Assembly: GCA_963791285.1 (NCBI GenBank)
Contig: CAWBSC010000023.1
Coordinates: 259,818-323,817 of the forward strand
Reading direction: 5' to 3'
Origin: an uncultured delta proteobacterium
GTDB lineage: Bacteria; Desulfobacterota; Desulfobacteria; Desulfobacterales; SpSt-501
Length of the DNA: 64,000 nt
A model generated the notes under the pieces. That model had not been told where the DNA came from, made no database searches, and saw nothing but the letters and a program-made list of their open reading frames with translations. A program made the position numbers and the translations under genes. Below are positions 39,155-49,038 of this stretch, one piece after another (the stretch's first letter is position 1; each line of letters starts with the position of its first letter).

Positions 39155-40825
39155 TTACTTCGGCACCCGCAGCACGGCGCCCTTGTCGGCCGAGGTGACC
39201 AGCGCCGCGTAGCGCTCCAGCGCGCCGCCCCTGGCCTTCTGCGGGTGGACGACGGTCTTGAGCCGATCGGCGATCTCCTGCGCGCTCAGCGCCACGTCCA
39301 GCTTGCGCGCCGGGATGTCGATGCGGATGACATCCCCGTCCCGCAGCGCCGCGATGGGCCCGTCCAGCGCCGCCTCGGGCGAGATGTGCCCGATGCAGGG
39401 CCCCCGGGTGGAACCCGAGAATCGTCCGTCCGTGATGAGGGCGACGCTCTCGTCCATCCCCCGGCCGACCAAGAGCGAGGTCGTCATGTGCATCTCGCGC
39501 ATGCCCGGGCCGCCCTTGGGACCCTCGTAGCGCACCACGATCACCTCGCCCGGCCGGATCGCGTCCCCTACCACGGCGGCCGTGGCGTCCTCCATGGAGT
39601 TGAACACCCGGGCGCGGCCCTCGAACCGGAACATGGAGGGCTTCACGGCGGACTGCTTGACCACGGCGCCGTCGGGCGCGAGGTTCCCGCGCAGGATCGC
39701 CAGACCGCCCTCCGGCTTCAGCGGGGCATCCACGCCGTAGATGACGTCCCCGGGAGTGAAACGGACGGCCGCGAGATTGGCCTGCATGGAGTCGCCGGTC
39801 ACGGTCAACTGCTCCGGCTTGAGGAACCGCTCGACGGCCTTGAGCACGGCCGGGATGCCCCCGTGGTCGCCGAGGGCGCCGACCGGATAGACCCCCGAAG
39901 GCTTGATGTTGCAGAGATGCGGAACGGTCCGGCCGATGCGGTCGAAGTCGTCCAGATCCAGCCGGATTCCGGCTTCGTGGGCGATGGCCATCAGGTGCAG
40001 AATGCTGTTGGTCGAGCCGCCGAGCGCCATGTCGGCCACGATGGCGTTGTGCAGCGCCGCCGCCGTGACGATCCGGCGCGGCGTGATGCCCTTCTCGAGA
40101 AGGGCGATCACCTGCCGCCCGGACCGGCGCGCAAACGCCTCCTTGGAAGCGTGCACCGCCATGGAGGTGGCGCACCCGGGCAGAGTCAGCCCCAGGACCT
40201 CGGTGAGACAGCCCATCGTGTTCGCGGTGCCGAACATGGCGCACGTGCCCGGGCCCGGGCAGGCCACCTGCTCGATGGCGGACAGCTCCTCCAGGCTGAT
40301 CTTGCCGGTCTGGGCCCGGCCGATGAACTCGCGCATGTCGGTCAGCGTCAGGTCGGTGCGCTCCTTGTAGCGCCCCGCCTCCATCGGGCCGGCCGTCACG
40401 ATGACGGTCGGGATGTCGATCCGCAGCGCGGCCATGATGTGGGCCGGCACGGTCTTGTCGCAGCCGGGCAGCATGACCATGGCGTCGAAGCGGTGCGCCT
40501 GCACCATCATTTCGATCGAGTCCGCGATGAGCTCGCGGCTCGGCAGGGGGTAGCTCATGCCCTCGTGGCCCTGGCACATGCCGTCGCACACGGCGATCGT
40601 GTCGAACTCCTTGGCGACCCCGCCCGCCTCGACGATGCCCTGCTTCACACACTCCCCCAGCCGGCGCAGGTGGATGTGCCCCGGCACGATTTCGTTCCAG
40701 GAGTTCACCACCGCGACCAGCGGCTTCTCGAAATCCTCCCGGGTCATGCCCGTGGCGTAAAGCAGCGCGCGGTGTGCCGCGCGCTCGATGCCGTGGGTGA
40801 TCAACTTGCTGCGATTCGGTTTCAT
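39155..40825 (-). CDS. ilvD: IlvD/Edd-family dehydratase (dihydroxy-acid dehydratase or sugar-acid dehydratase)
   Basis: 556 aa with CDGMCQGHEGM, PGCDKTVP, and GGSTNSILHL..A. GGAGGGA RBS is present. Confidence 0.8.
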   Translation of the reverse strand: MKPNRSKLITHGIERAAHRALLYATGMTREDFEKPLVAVVNSWNEIVPGHIHLRRLGECVKQGIVEAGGVAKEFDTIAVCDGMCQGHEGMSYPLPSRELIADSIEMMVQAHRFDAMVMLPGCDKTVPAHIMAALRIDIPTVIVTAGPMEAGRYKERTDLTLTDMREFIGRAQTGKISLEELSAIEQVACPGPGTCAMFGTANTMGCLTEVLGLTLPGCATSMAVHASKEAFARRSGRQVIALLEKGITPRRIVTAAALHNAIVADMALGGSTNSILHLMAIAHEAGIRLDLDDFDRIGRTVPHLCNIKPSGVYPVGALGDHGGIPAVLKAVERFLKPEQLTVTGDSMQANLAAVRFTPGDVIYGVDAPLKPEGGLAILRGNLAPDGAVVKQSAVKPSMFRFEGRARVFNSMEDATAAVVGDAIRPGEVIVVRYEGPKGGPGMREMHMTTSLLVGRGMDESVALITDGRFSGSTRGPCIGHISPEAALDGPIAALRDGDVIRIDIPARKLDVALSAQEIADRLKTVVHPQKARGGALERYAALVTSADKGAVLRVPK

Positions 40826-40906
40826 GGTGGTCCCTCCGTAACGAGGTGGTTCGGTTGACGAGGTGCGCGTGACGAACGATTCCCGGGGCATCCCGCTCGG
40901 GTGCGT

Positions 40907-42430
40907 CTACCCGGGGCCCGGGGATGGCGCCGGGGCCGCTTCGCGACGGATCAGCCGCATGACGCTTCGGATCACGACAGGTCCGACCAGGGCGAGGAGC
41001 CCCGTCGCCAGGATGACGGCCGAAATGGGGCGGGCGATAAAAATCGATAGATCCCCGCGGCTGATCATCATGGCCTCCCGGAAGCTCCTCTCCATCATCG
41101 GGCCGAGCACCAGCGCCAGAACCAGCGGGGCCAGATCGTACTTGAGGTGCCGCAGCAAGTACCCCAGCAGTCCGAAGCCGATCATCAGCCAGAGGTCCAG
41201 GACCGAGTTGTTGACCGAGTAGACGCCGATCAGGCACAGCAGCATCACGATCGGCATCAGCAGATACAGCGGCGTGCGGATGATGCTCGCGAAAAACCCC
41301 ACGAGCGGGAGGTTGAAGATCAACAGCATGAAATTGCCGATGTACATGCTGGCGATCACGCCCCAGAACAGGTCGGGCTTCTCGTTCACCAGCTGCGGCC
41401 CGGGGTTGATCCCGTTGATGATGAGAACCGCCATGACCACCGCCATGACGGGCGTGAACGGAATGCCCAGCGCCATCAGCGGGACGTAGGCGGCTCCGAC
41501 CGCCGAGTTGTTGGCCGCCTCCGGGCCGGCGACCCCTTCGATGCTGCCTCGGCCGAACTCGCCGTGGCGGTCGAGCTTGCGCTCGACCGAGTAGGAGACC
41601 ATGGTCGCGATGACCGGCGACGGGCCGGGCACGAGGCCGACGAAGAAGCCGATGAACGAGCCTCGGATGATCGGCCAGAAAGAGCGCTTCCATTCCACGA
41701 GGGTCGGCCAGAGCTCCCGGAAGCGGACCTTCTGCAGCTGCACGCTGGAAACCTTCTCCTCCGCCGTCACGAGCACTTCCGAAATGCCGAAAAGCCCCAT
41801 CGCGACCGGGAGAAAATCGATCCCCTGGGCCAGGAGCGGCTGCCTGAAGGTGTAGCGCATGTAGCCCGCGACGGTTTCCATGCCCACCGTGCCGAGCGCG
41901 AGCCCGATGCCGATCATCATCAGCGATTTCATCAGCTCCCCGCCGGTCAACCGCGACATGATCACCAGCCCGACCAGCGCGACCGTGAAGTACTCGGGCG
42001 GCCCGAACTTGAGCGCGGCCCGGGCGAGCGAGGGCGCGATCAGGCTCAACCCGATCAGGCTGATGGTGCCGGCGATGAACGACCCGATCGCGGCAACCGC
42101 CAGGGCCGCACCGGCCCGGCCGCGGCGCGCCATCTGGTAGCCTTCGATGACCGTGATGACCGAAGCCGCCTCGCCCGGGATGTTGAGCAGGATCGAGGTG
42201 GTCGACCCGCCGTACATCGCGCCGAAGTAGATGCCGGCGAACAGGATCATGCCGGCGATCGGGTCCAGTCCGTAAGTCAGCGGCAGCAGCAGCGCCATGG
42301 TGCCCAGAGGCCCCAGCCCGGGCAGGATGCCGATGACCGTCCCGATGACGGCCCCCAGGAACCCGAAGAAGAGGTTCAGGGGCGTCAGCGCGACTGAAAA
42401 GCCGTGCAGCAGACCACTCGAAAAATCCAT
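40907..42430 (-). CDS. tctA: tripartite tricarboxylate transporter large permease TctA
   Basis: 507 aa, polytopic, with a typical TctA N-terminus (LLHGFSVALTPLNLFFGFLGAVIGTVIGILPGLGP). Confidence 0.85.
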   Translation of the reverse strand: MDFSSGLLHGFSVALTPLNLFFGFLGAVIGTVIGILPGLGPLGTMALLLPLTYGLDPIAGMILFAGIYFGAMYGGSTTSILLNIPGEAASVITVIEGYQMARRGRAGAALAVAAIGSFIAGTISLIGLSLIAPSLARAALKFGPPEYFTVALVGLVIMSRLTGGELMKSLMMIGIGLALGTVGMETVAGYMRYTFRQPLLAQGIDFLPVAMGLFGISEVLVTAEEKVSSVQLQKVRFRELWPTLVEWKRSFWPIIRGSFIGFFVGLVPGPSPVIATMVSYSVERKLDRHGEFGRGSIEGVAGPEAANNSAVGAAYVPLMALGIPFTPVMAVVMAVLIINGINPGPQLVNEKPDLFWGVIASMYIGNFMLLIFNLPLVGFFASIIRTPLYLLMPIVMLLCLIGVYSVNNSVLDLWLMIGFGLLGYLLRHLKYDLAPLVLALVLGPMMERSFREAMMISRGDLSIFIARPISAVILATGLLALVGPVVIRSVMRLIRREAAPAPSPGPG

Positions 42431-42452
42431 GGTCAGTTTCTCCTATCCCGAC

Positions 42453-42941
42453 CTATCCCAGGACATCGTCGAGGATGCCAAGCGGCAGGGGAACCTTGAG
42501 CCACATCACGAAGGCCACGTAGGAGACGGCAGTCAGGACGACCGCCATCCCCAGGGCGGGGACCCACCGGCGGAAGCCGAAAATGCGGATGGCGACCAGC
42601 AGGAAAATGCAGATGCACACCGGGAAGCCGAGCGGCTGCAGCGCGAGGACATAGGCCACCATCAACCCCATGAGCGGCACCGTTTTGCCGCATGCGGCGC
42701 CGGGCGAGGCGCCCGCGGCCTGCAGCGCATCGTCCGATCGGGCGGATGCGCCTCTGAGTCTCAGGATCTCGCGGGCCAGGCACCCCAGCGCCGTCGTCAG
42801 CAGGAAGACCCCGACAATAATGGGGTAGAGGCCCGGCCCCGGGTGGTGGATCGACCCCCGCGGCATGCCGATCGCCATGACTTCATAGACGACGGCGACG
42901 GCGATCATGACCGACGGGAACAGCAGCGCGCTCAGCTTCAT
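42453..42941 (-). CDS. tctB: tripartite tricarboxylate transporter small subunit TctB
   Basis: 162 aa from MKLSALLFPSVMIAVAVVY, with four TM helices. It lies between tctC and tctA. Confidence 0.7.
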   Translation of the reverse strand: MKLSALLFPSVMIAVAVVYEVMAIGMPRGSIHHPGPGLYPIIVGVFLLTTALGCLAREILRLRGASARSDDALQAAGASPGAACGKTVPLMGLMVAYVLALQPLGFPVCICIFLLVAIRIFGFRRWVPALGMAVVLTAVSYVAFVMWLKVPLPLGILDDVLG

Positions 42942-42997
42942 GCGGAACCCTTTCGCATGGAAAACGGGAGGGGGCGGGCCCCCCTCCCGGCGGGAGC

Positions 42998-43981
42998 TCA
43001 TTTGCCGGCTGTGGCTTCCTTGCCGTACTTGTCCCAGAGCGGCCGGTAGATCTCGCCCAGCCGGGTCATGAAGGTCGAGAATTCCGCCGGCCCCATGTAG
43101 TCGGCCGGGAAAGCGGTCTTCGCGGCGTTCTCCTTGAATTCCTGCGACTCCATGACGTCCTTCACCGCTGCCGCGAACTTGTCCACGATCGCCTTGGGGG
43201 TCTTCGCGGGCATGCCGAAGCCGCGGGCGCTGCCGCTCGTGAAATCGTAGCCGAGCTCTTTGAAGGTGGGCACGTCCGGCAGGAAAAGGGAGCGCTTGTC
43301 AGTCATGACGGCGAGGGCCCGCAGCGCGCCGGCTTTCACCTGCGGGTAGACGATGCCGAGGTTGTTGGCGGAGGCGTCGACGTGCCCGGCCAGCGCGGCC
43401 TGCCAGGAGGGGCCGTCGCCCGAGAAGGGCACGATGTTGTACTTCGTTCCGGTCGCCTGCTGCAGCATGTGCATGGCGAACCAGTCGTCGCCGGGGGCCG
43501 ACGCGACGCCGACGCTGATGGTGGCCGGCTTCTCCCTGGCCGCCTGGATGAAGTCGGCCAGGGTCTTGTAGGGGCTCTCGGCCCGCACCACCAGGATGCC
43601 GGGGTCCGTGACGACGTTCGCCACGAATCCGAGGTCAGAGATTTTGTAGGCGGTCTCGCGTACGTAGGCGTTGATGGGGATCATCGGAGTGGTGGTGACG
43701 ACGACCGTGTAGCCGTCGGGCTTGGACACCGCCAGTTCGGTCAGCGCGATGTCGCTCCCGGAGCCCGGCTTGTAGACCGGGACCAGGGTGGTCTTCAGGA
43801 CCCGCTCGAGCTGCGGCCGGATCATGGACAGCATCACGTCGCTGCCGCCCCCGGGCGCGTAACCGATCAGGACGTTGATCGGCTTGCGGGGGTAATCGGC
43901 GTCGGCCGACTTGCCCTGGGCCGACAGGTTGGTTGCGAGGAGCACACAGCCCAGAACGACGAGAACGGACTTCTTGAACAT
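42998..43981 (-). CDS. tctC: tripartite tricarboxylate transporter substrate-binding protein (TctC/Bug family)
   Basis: Signal peptide MFKKSVLVVLGCVLLATNLSA, YPRKPINVLIGYAPGGGSD, and an AAGGAGA RBS. Confidence 0.85.
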   Translation of the reverse strand: MFKKSVLVVLGCVLLATNLSAQGKSADADYPRKPINVLIGYAPGGGSDVMLSMIRPQLERVLKTTLVPVYKPGSGSDIALTELAVSKPDGYTVVVTTTPMIPINAYVRETAYKISDLGFVANVVTDPGILVVRAESPYKTLADFIQAAREKPATISVGVASAPGDDWFAMHMLQQATGTKYNIVPFSGDGPSWQAALAGHVDASANNLGIVYPQVKAGALRALAVMTDKRSLFLPDVPTFKELGYDFTSGSARGFGMPAKTPKAIVDKFAAAVKDVMESQEFKENAAKTAFPADYMGPAEFSTFMTRLGEIYRPLWDKYGKEATAGK

Positions 43982-44226
43982 TGGCAGTCTCCTTGTTTGA
44001 GAGGTGCGGAAAGCCTCGGTGGCCATCGCAGGAGGTTCCCGATGCCGCGAATGTTTCCTTTACCGTACCCGGCAGAACAAGTGGAGTGCTTTTTTTTGAC
44101 GCATCCCTATCCTGTCGCAGCCGGGTCGATCAGGGGCATGGGCTGATGCGGTACCCGGGTCGACGAGATGCGTCGCATCCGCCTGAACGACGTGTGCGGG
44201 GACCCGGGCGTATCGATCCTGTAGGC

Positions 44227-45507
44227 TCAAATCGGCAGCAGCCAGTCCGGCAGCAGCATGACCGCGGAGGGCAGATAGGTGACCAGGGCCAGAACGACGA
44301 TGAGGGCGCCGATGAAGATCGCGCACTCGCGCGTGAACTCGGCGATGGTGATCTTGGCGATCCCGCACGAGATGAACATGCACACTCCGACGGGCGGGGT
44401 CAGCTGACCGATCGCCGTGTTGACCGTCACGATGATCCCGAAGTGCACCGGGTCGATGCCCAGCTTGGTGATCAACGGCATGAAGAACGGCACCATGACG
44501 ATGATGATCGCGGTGGGGTTCATGAAGCACCCCAGGATGAGCAGCACGATGTTGACCATCAGCAGGATGGCCCAGGGTTCGCGCGAGATGGAAAAAAAGA
44601 ATGTCGTCATCATCTCCGGGATGCGTTGATAGGACAACACCCACCCGAGCACGTTGGCCGTGGCGATGATCAGCATCACAACGGCGGTCGAAACCGCGGC
44701 GTTCATGAAGATCTTCGGCAGCTCGCGGGTCTTCAATTCGCGATAGACAAACGCGCCGACGAGGTAGGCGTAGACGACCGCGATCACGGCCGCCTCGGTC
44801 GGGGTGAACACCCCCCCTAAAATTCCGCCCAGGATGATGAGCGGCATCACCATGGCCCAGAACGAGGAGTAGAAGCTGCGCCATATCTGCGCCAGGCCGG
44901 CGCGCGGCTCCCTCGGGTAGCCGCGCCGTGTGCTGATGACGTAGGCCACGCCCATCAGGAAAATCCCCATGACCACCCCGGGGATGACCCCCCCCAGAAA
45001 GAGCCGCCCGATGGAGACGTTCGCGATCGACCCGTAAACGACCATCGGGATGCTCGGCGGAATGATGGGGCCGATGGTCGAGGCCGCGGCGGAGATGGCG
45101 CCCGCAAAGGAGGGGCTGTAGCCGCGCCGGATCATGGTCGGGATCAGGATGGCGCCGGTCGCGGCCGCGTCGGCCGCGGCCGACCCGGAGATCCCGGCCA
45201 TGATCATGTTGGTGACCACCACCACGTGCGAGAGGCCGCCCACGATGTGGCCGACCAGTTTGTCCGCGAAATCGACCAGGCGCTGGGTGATCCCGCCGCT
45301 GTTCATCAGTTCGCCCGCCAGGATGAAGAACGGGATCGCCAGGAGCGAGAAGGAGTCCACTGCGACGAACATGCGCTGCGTCACCACCGCGAGCGGGACG
45401 TCGCCCTGGGCGATCAACGCCGCGAGCGCGCTGATTCCGAGCGTGAACGCGAGCGGGGTCCCGACGAACAGGAAGACCAGCAGGCCGAGCAACAGGATGA
45501 GCGTCAT
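44227..45507 (-). CDS. dctM: TRAP transporter large permease DctM
   Basis: 426 aa, polytopic, with a typical DctM N-terminus. It overlaps the dctQ stop. Confidence 0.9.
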   Translation of the reverse strand: MTLILLLGLLVFLFVGTPLAFTLGISALAALIAQGDVPLAVVTQRMFVAVDSFSLLAIPFFILAGELMNSGGITQRLVDFADKLVGHIVGGLSHVVVVTNMIMAGISGSAAADAAATGAILIPTMIRRGYSPSFAGAISAAASTIGPIIPPSIPMVVYGSIANVSIGRLFLGGVIPGVVMGIFLMGVAYVISTRRGYPREPRAGLAQIWRSFYSSFWAMVMPLIILGGILGGVFTPTEAAVIAVVYAYLVGAFVYRELKTRELPKIFMNAAVSTAVVMLIIATANVLGWVLSYQRIPEMMTTFFFSISREPWAILLMVNIVLLILGCFMNPTAIIIVMVPFFMPLITKLGIDPVHFGIIVTVNTAIGQLTPPVGVCMFISCGIAKITIAEFTRECAIFIGALIVVLALVTYLPSAVMLLPDWLLPI

Positions 45508-45980
45508 CGGTCACCCGCCTTGCATTCCGACGGGAAGCGGAACCGCTGCACCATCTGGATGAGCGTGCAGACTGCCATGAGGGCGAACCCGATCGGCACG
45601 GCCGACATCACCAGGCCCATGGGGATCTCGAGGGCAGCCGACTGCTGGATCATGTTCTGCTCGGCCATCCGAAACCCCTGGTAGCTGATGAACACCAGGA
45701 ACGCCAGGACCGAGAGATCGCCGAAAAGCAGCGTGTACCGCTTCCAGACGGGCGGCAGCTTCGCGACGCAGACATCGAAACCGATGTGCACCCCCTTCTG
45801 CAGGGCCACCACCGACCCGAGGAAGGATATCCACACGAAGAGGTAGCGCGCCGCTTCCTCAGACCAGTACAGCGAGTAGCCGATCAGGTAGCGGAACACG
45901 ACCTGGGCGAAGGTCACCACGACCAGCACGAAGAAGGCGACCGAGATGACCGGGGTAAGGATCCGGTTGATGAACCCCAC
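45504..45980 (-). CDS. dctQ: TRAP transporter small permease DctQ
   Basis: 158 aa with four TM helices and the YWSEEAARYLFVW motif. Confidence 0.85.
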   Translation of the reverse strand: MGFINRILTPVISVAFFVLVVVTFAQVVFRYLIGYSLYWSEEAARYLFVWISFLGSVVALQKGVHIGFDVCVAKLPPVWKRYTLLFGDLSVLAFLVFISYQGFRMAEQNMIQQSAALEIPMGLVMSAVPIGFALMAVCTLIQMVQRFRFPSECKAGDR

Positions 45981-46038
45981 GGCATGTCTCCTGGGTTGGA
46001 AGTTGGAGTGATGAACGGTTGCCGACGATGCGACGGAT

Positions 46039-47032
46039 TCACTTGCTTGTGCGGATCTGCTCGATCAGCTCGACCGCCTTCAGTTTCTCGCCGTATTCCG
46101 TGTAGATGGGCCGGACGGCCGCGCGGATCGGGGCCATGTCCGGGGAGGTGATCGTGACCCCGGCCGCCTTCAGCTTGTCGAAGTAGTCCATCTCCGCCTT
46201 GATGGTGACGTCCGTGAGCCACCGGCCGGCTTCCGCCGCGCTTTCGGCGATCGCTTTCCGGGTGCCCGCCGGCAGCCCGTCATAGTACTTCCCGTTCACG
46301 ATCAGCATGGTGCAGTTGTAGATGTGCCGTGTGGGGCAGAGAAACTTGGCCACCTCGTGGAGCTTGGTGTTGTAGATGCTGTCCGGGGCGGACTCCATCC
46401 CCTCCACCACCTTGGTCTGCAGGCCGGTGTAGATTTCGCCCCAGGGCATGGGGGTGGGGTTGGCGCCGAGCAGGCGGAAGATGCGCGAGTACACGGGCGA
46501 CTCGGGGACGCGGATCTTCAGGCCCTTGAAGTCGTCCAGGCCGTTGACCGGCCGGACGGAGAGGACGTCGCGGAAGATGGTGTCGAACCACGCCAGGACG
46601 ACCACGCCGGTCTTTTTCTTTATGGCCTCGATCATCTGCTGCCCGATGGGGCCGTCGAGGACCTTGTGGACGTGGGTGATGTCGGTGAAGAGGAACGGCA
46701 GGTCCAGCACCCCGATGAGGGGTTCGAAGTTGACGATGGTCGCCGGGTTCGCGAGCGACATCTGCACCGAGCCCATCCGCACGCCTTCGAGGTTGTCCCG
46801 TTCGTTGCCGAGCGACCCGCCTGGGAAGACCTGGACTTCGACCTCTCCTCCCGTTTTCTGGGCCACGAGCTTGGCGAACTCGTCCAGGGCCAGGTTGCGG
46901 TTTTCGGTGGGCGGCAGGTGGTGGGCCACCTTGATCACGGTCTTGGCCTCCGCCGGGTCAAAGCCATCCGCAGCAGGCGGCGAGGACAAACAGGCAGCAG
47001 AGCACGATCCGAAACATCGCGTGGGTGTTCAT
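46039..47032 (-). CDS. dctP: TRAP transporter substrate-binding protein DctP (apparent frameshift in the signal-peptide region)
   Basis: The mature domain is intact from 46989 (TTG in the ORF track). A good start (GGAGGG RBS, ATG 47032) encodes MNTHAMFRIVLCCLFVLAACC in a different frame and stops after 24 codons. Confidence 0.7.
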
Positions 47033-47095
47033 GGGGTCCCTCCCGTTTTCCGATGGTGGTTGTGAACGAATCTCGCTTCAGGCCGAGCGGACGGC

Positions 47096-49000
47096 TCAGC
47101 TCGGTTGCATGAGGCGCTTGACGAGCGGCACGGCACTGCCGGCGTCCTTGGCATACCCGTCCGCGCCGATGTCGTGCGCGAATTTCTCGTTCAGCGGCGC
47201 CCCGCCGACAATGACCTTGAGCCCGTCGCGCAGGCCGGACTCGGCCAGCTGCCGGATGATGGACTTCATCTCCGGCATCGTCGTGGTGAGCAGGGCCGAA
47301 AGGGCCAGCACGTCCGGCCGATAGTCCTGGACCTGCTTCAGGAACTCCTTGGCGGGCACGTTGATGCCCAGATCGCGGATCTCGAAGCCGACCCCGCGCA
47401 GCATCGTGGCAACGATGTTCTTGCCGATATCGTGCAAGTCCCCGCGCACGGTGCCGATCAGGACCTTGCCCGCCCTCCGCATCTTGTCCTTCGACAGGAA
47501 CGGCTCGAGCGTTGCGGTCGCTTCGTTCATGGCGCGCGCGGACAGCAGCACCTCCGGGATGAACACTTCGCCGTTGCGGAACCGCTCGCCGATGACCTCC
47601 ATCGCGGGCAGCATGCCCTTCTGCAGGATGTCGCCGGCGTCAACGCCCATTTGCAGCAACGCCTTCACATGCTGCGTGATCGCCAGGTGGTCGCCCGTGA
47701 GCACGTCGGCCTGGACGTTTTCGAATCCCTGCGCGAAACTGAAGGCCGTGCGAGGCGCCGCGGCCACGTCCGCGGGTGCGAAGACCGGGTTGAACCCCCC
47801 GGCCTCGATCGGCAGACGGGCCTCCTCCGCGATGCGCTGCCCGATGCGGCGGATGCGGTCGAAGACCGCGTTGGGGGGAACCGAGTCGGCGATGCCGAAG
47901 ATCATCCGCCGGCCCGGGGCGACCGCCTTGAAGAGGTGCGTCATGTAAGCGTCGAACTCCTCGTCGCTGGTGCTTTCCGCCAGGAGCAGGATGGACGGGA
48001 TTCCCCCGTAGATCGTGAGCGTCCGGCTCCACCGCGCGTAGTACTCGTCCATCGTGACCTTGGTCATCGGGTGCGGCGTCACGGCCTCGGCCACGTGCAT
48101 ACCCGAGTCGCGGATCAGATCCATCAGCCCCCTGTTCTCGCCGTCGCAGTGGCAGGAAATGTAGATCCCCTGGGCGCCCAGGGTATCGGCCGCTTTGCGG
48201 ATCCACGGCATGATATCCGCCTCGAAGTACGCGGGGTAGGTGATCATGTCGTCGAAGTTGGCCCCCCAGTAGACGGCCTCAGCGGGCGAGCGGCCGATGA
48301 GGTCGATGGTCTGGTCGAAGAAGGGGGCCATGCTCTCGGCGAGCGCCGTCATCTCGCGCCGGTGGTCCTTGTAGTGGAAAAAGAACTCGGTCGCGTCGAT
48401 GAAGTACTTCTGGATGTGGTGCACCGGGGACGCGGCGCGGCCCGCCATGGTGAAGGCCAGGCCGTCTTCGCCGATGTCCCGCTTCCAGGCAACGAAGTCG
48501 TCCCAGTCCGGATGGAGTTTCAGGTTGGCGAAGATGTGGGCCAGGGGCGCGTAGTCTTTTGCCGTCTTGATCGGATGCTCCTCAATGTTGAATCCGGTGA
48601 CCCCCGCCCGCCGCATGGCCTCGGTGAACACGATGCACGTGCTGACGTCCCCCCGGGGGGTGTGGTAGGTGATGCGCGTACGCCCGTTGTCGTGCCGGAT
48701 GTCGACGTCCACGTCCGAGGGCAGCGTGTAGTTGAAGACCATCTCCTTGAAGGAGAGGATCCCCAGCCCCCAGTGGATGTGGTCCTCGGGCCGGCGGACA
48801 TCCTGGTAGGCGGGGTTGATCTTGTGCAGTCCCCAGCCTTCGGCGCGCGAGATCTCGTCCTGGGTGCAGTCCCGGTACGTGGCCGGCAACCCGCCCAGGC
48901 TCTTCTGGGCCGAGTACCAGAGGTCCAGCCGGGGGGCGAAGGGGATGACGTCCGGCATCTCCCCCCTGATCGCCTTCAAGATGCGTTGCTTGTTGGTCAT
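47096..49000 (-). CDS. URO-D-like methyltransferase fused to a corrinoid-binding module (CmuA/MtaA-plus-corrinoid-protein architecture)
   Basis: 634 aa. The N-terminal about 400 aa is a uroporphyrinogen-decarboxylase-family fold. This is followed by a B12-binding_2 cap (GDILQKGMLPAMEVIGERFRNGEVFIPEVLLSARAM) and a B12-binding domain with DxHxxG (GDLHDIGKNIV), ALSALLTTTM and VIVGGAPL. Confidence 0.8.
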   Translation of the reverse strand: MTNKQRILKAIRGEMPDVIPFAPRLDLWYSAQKSLGGLPATYRDCTQDEISRAEGWGLHKINPAYQDVRRPEDHIHWGLGILSFKEMVFNYTLPSDVDVDIRHDNGRTRITYHTPRGDVSTCIVFTEAMRRAGVTGFNIEEHPIKTAKDYAPLAHIFANLKLHPDWDDFVAWKRDIGEDGLAFTMAGRAASPVHHIQKYFIDATEFFFHYKDHRREMTALAESMAPFFDQTIDLIGRSPAEAVYWGANFDDMITYPAYFEADIMPWIRKAADTLGAQGIYISCHCDGENRGLMDLIRDSGMHVAEAVTPHPMTKVTMDEYYARWSRTLTIYGGIPSILLLAESTSDEEFDAYMTHLFKAVAPGRRMIFGIADSVPPNAVFDRIRRIGQRIAEEARLPIEAGGFNPVFAPADVAAAPRTAFSFAQGFENVQADVLTGDHLAITQHVKALLQMGVDAGDILQKGMLPAMEVIGERFRNGEVFIPEVLLSARAMNEATATLEPFLSKDKMRRAGKVLIGTVRGDLHDIGKNIVATMLRGVGFEIRDLGINVPAKEFLKQVQDYRPDVLALSALLTTTMPEMKSIIRQLAESGLRDGLKVIVGGAPLNEKFAHDIGADGYAKDAGSAVPLVKRLMQPS

Positions 49001-49038
49001 TCACTCCTCCTTCGGTGCGTGTGGACGGCCCGCGGGCC

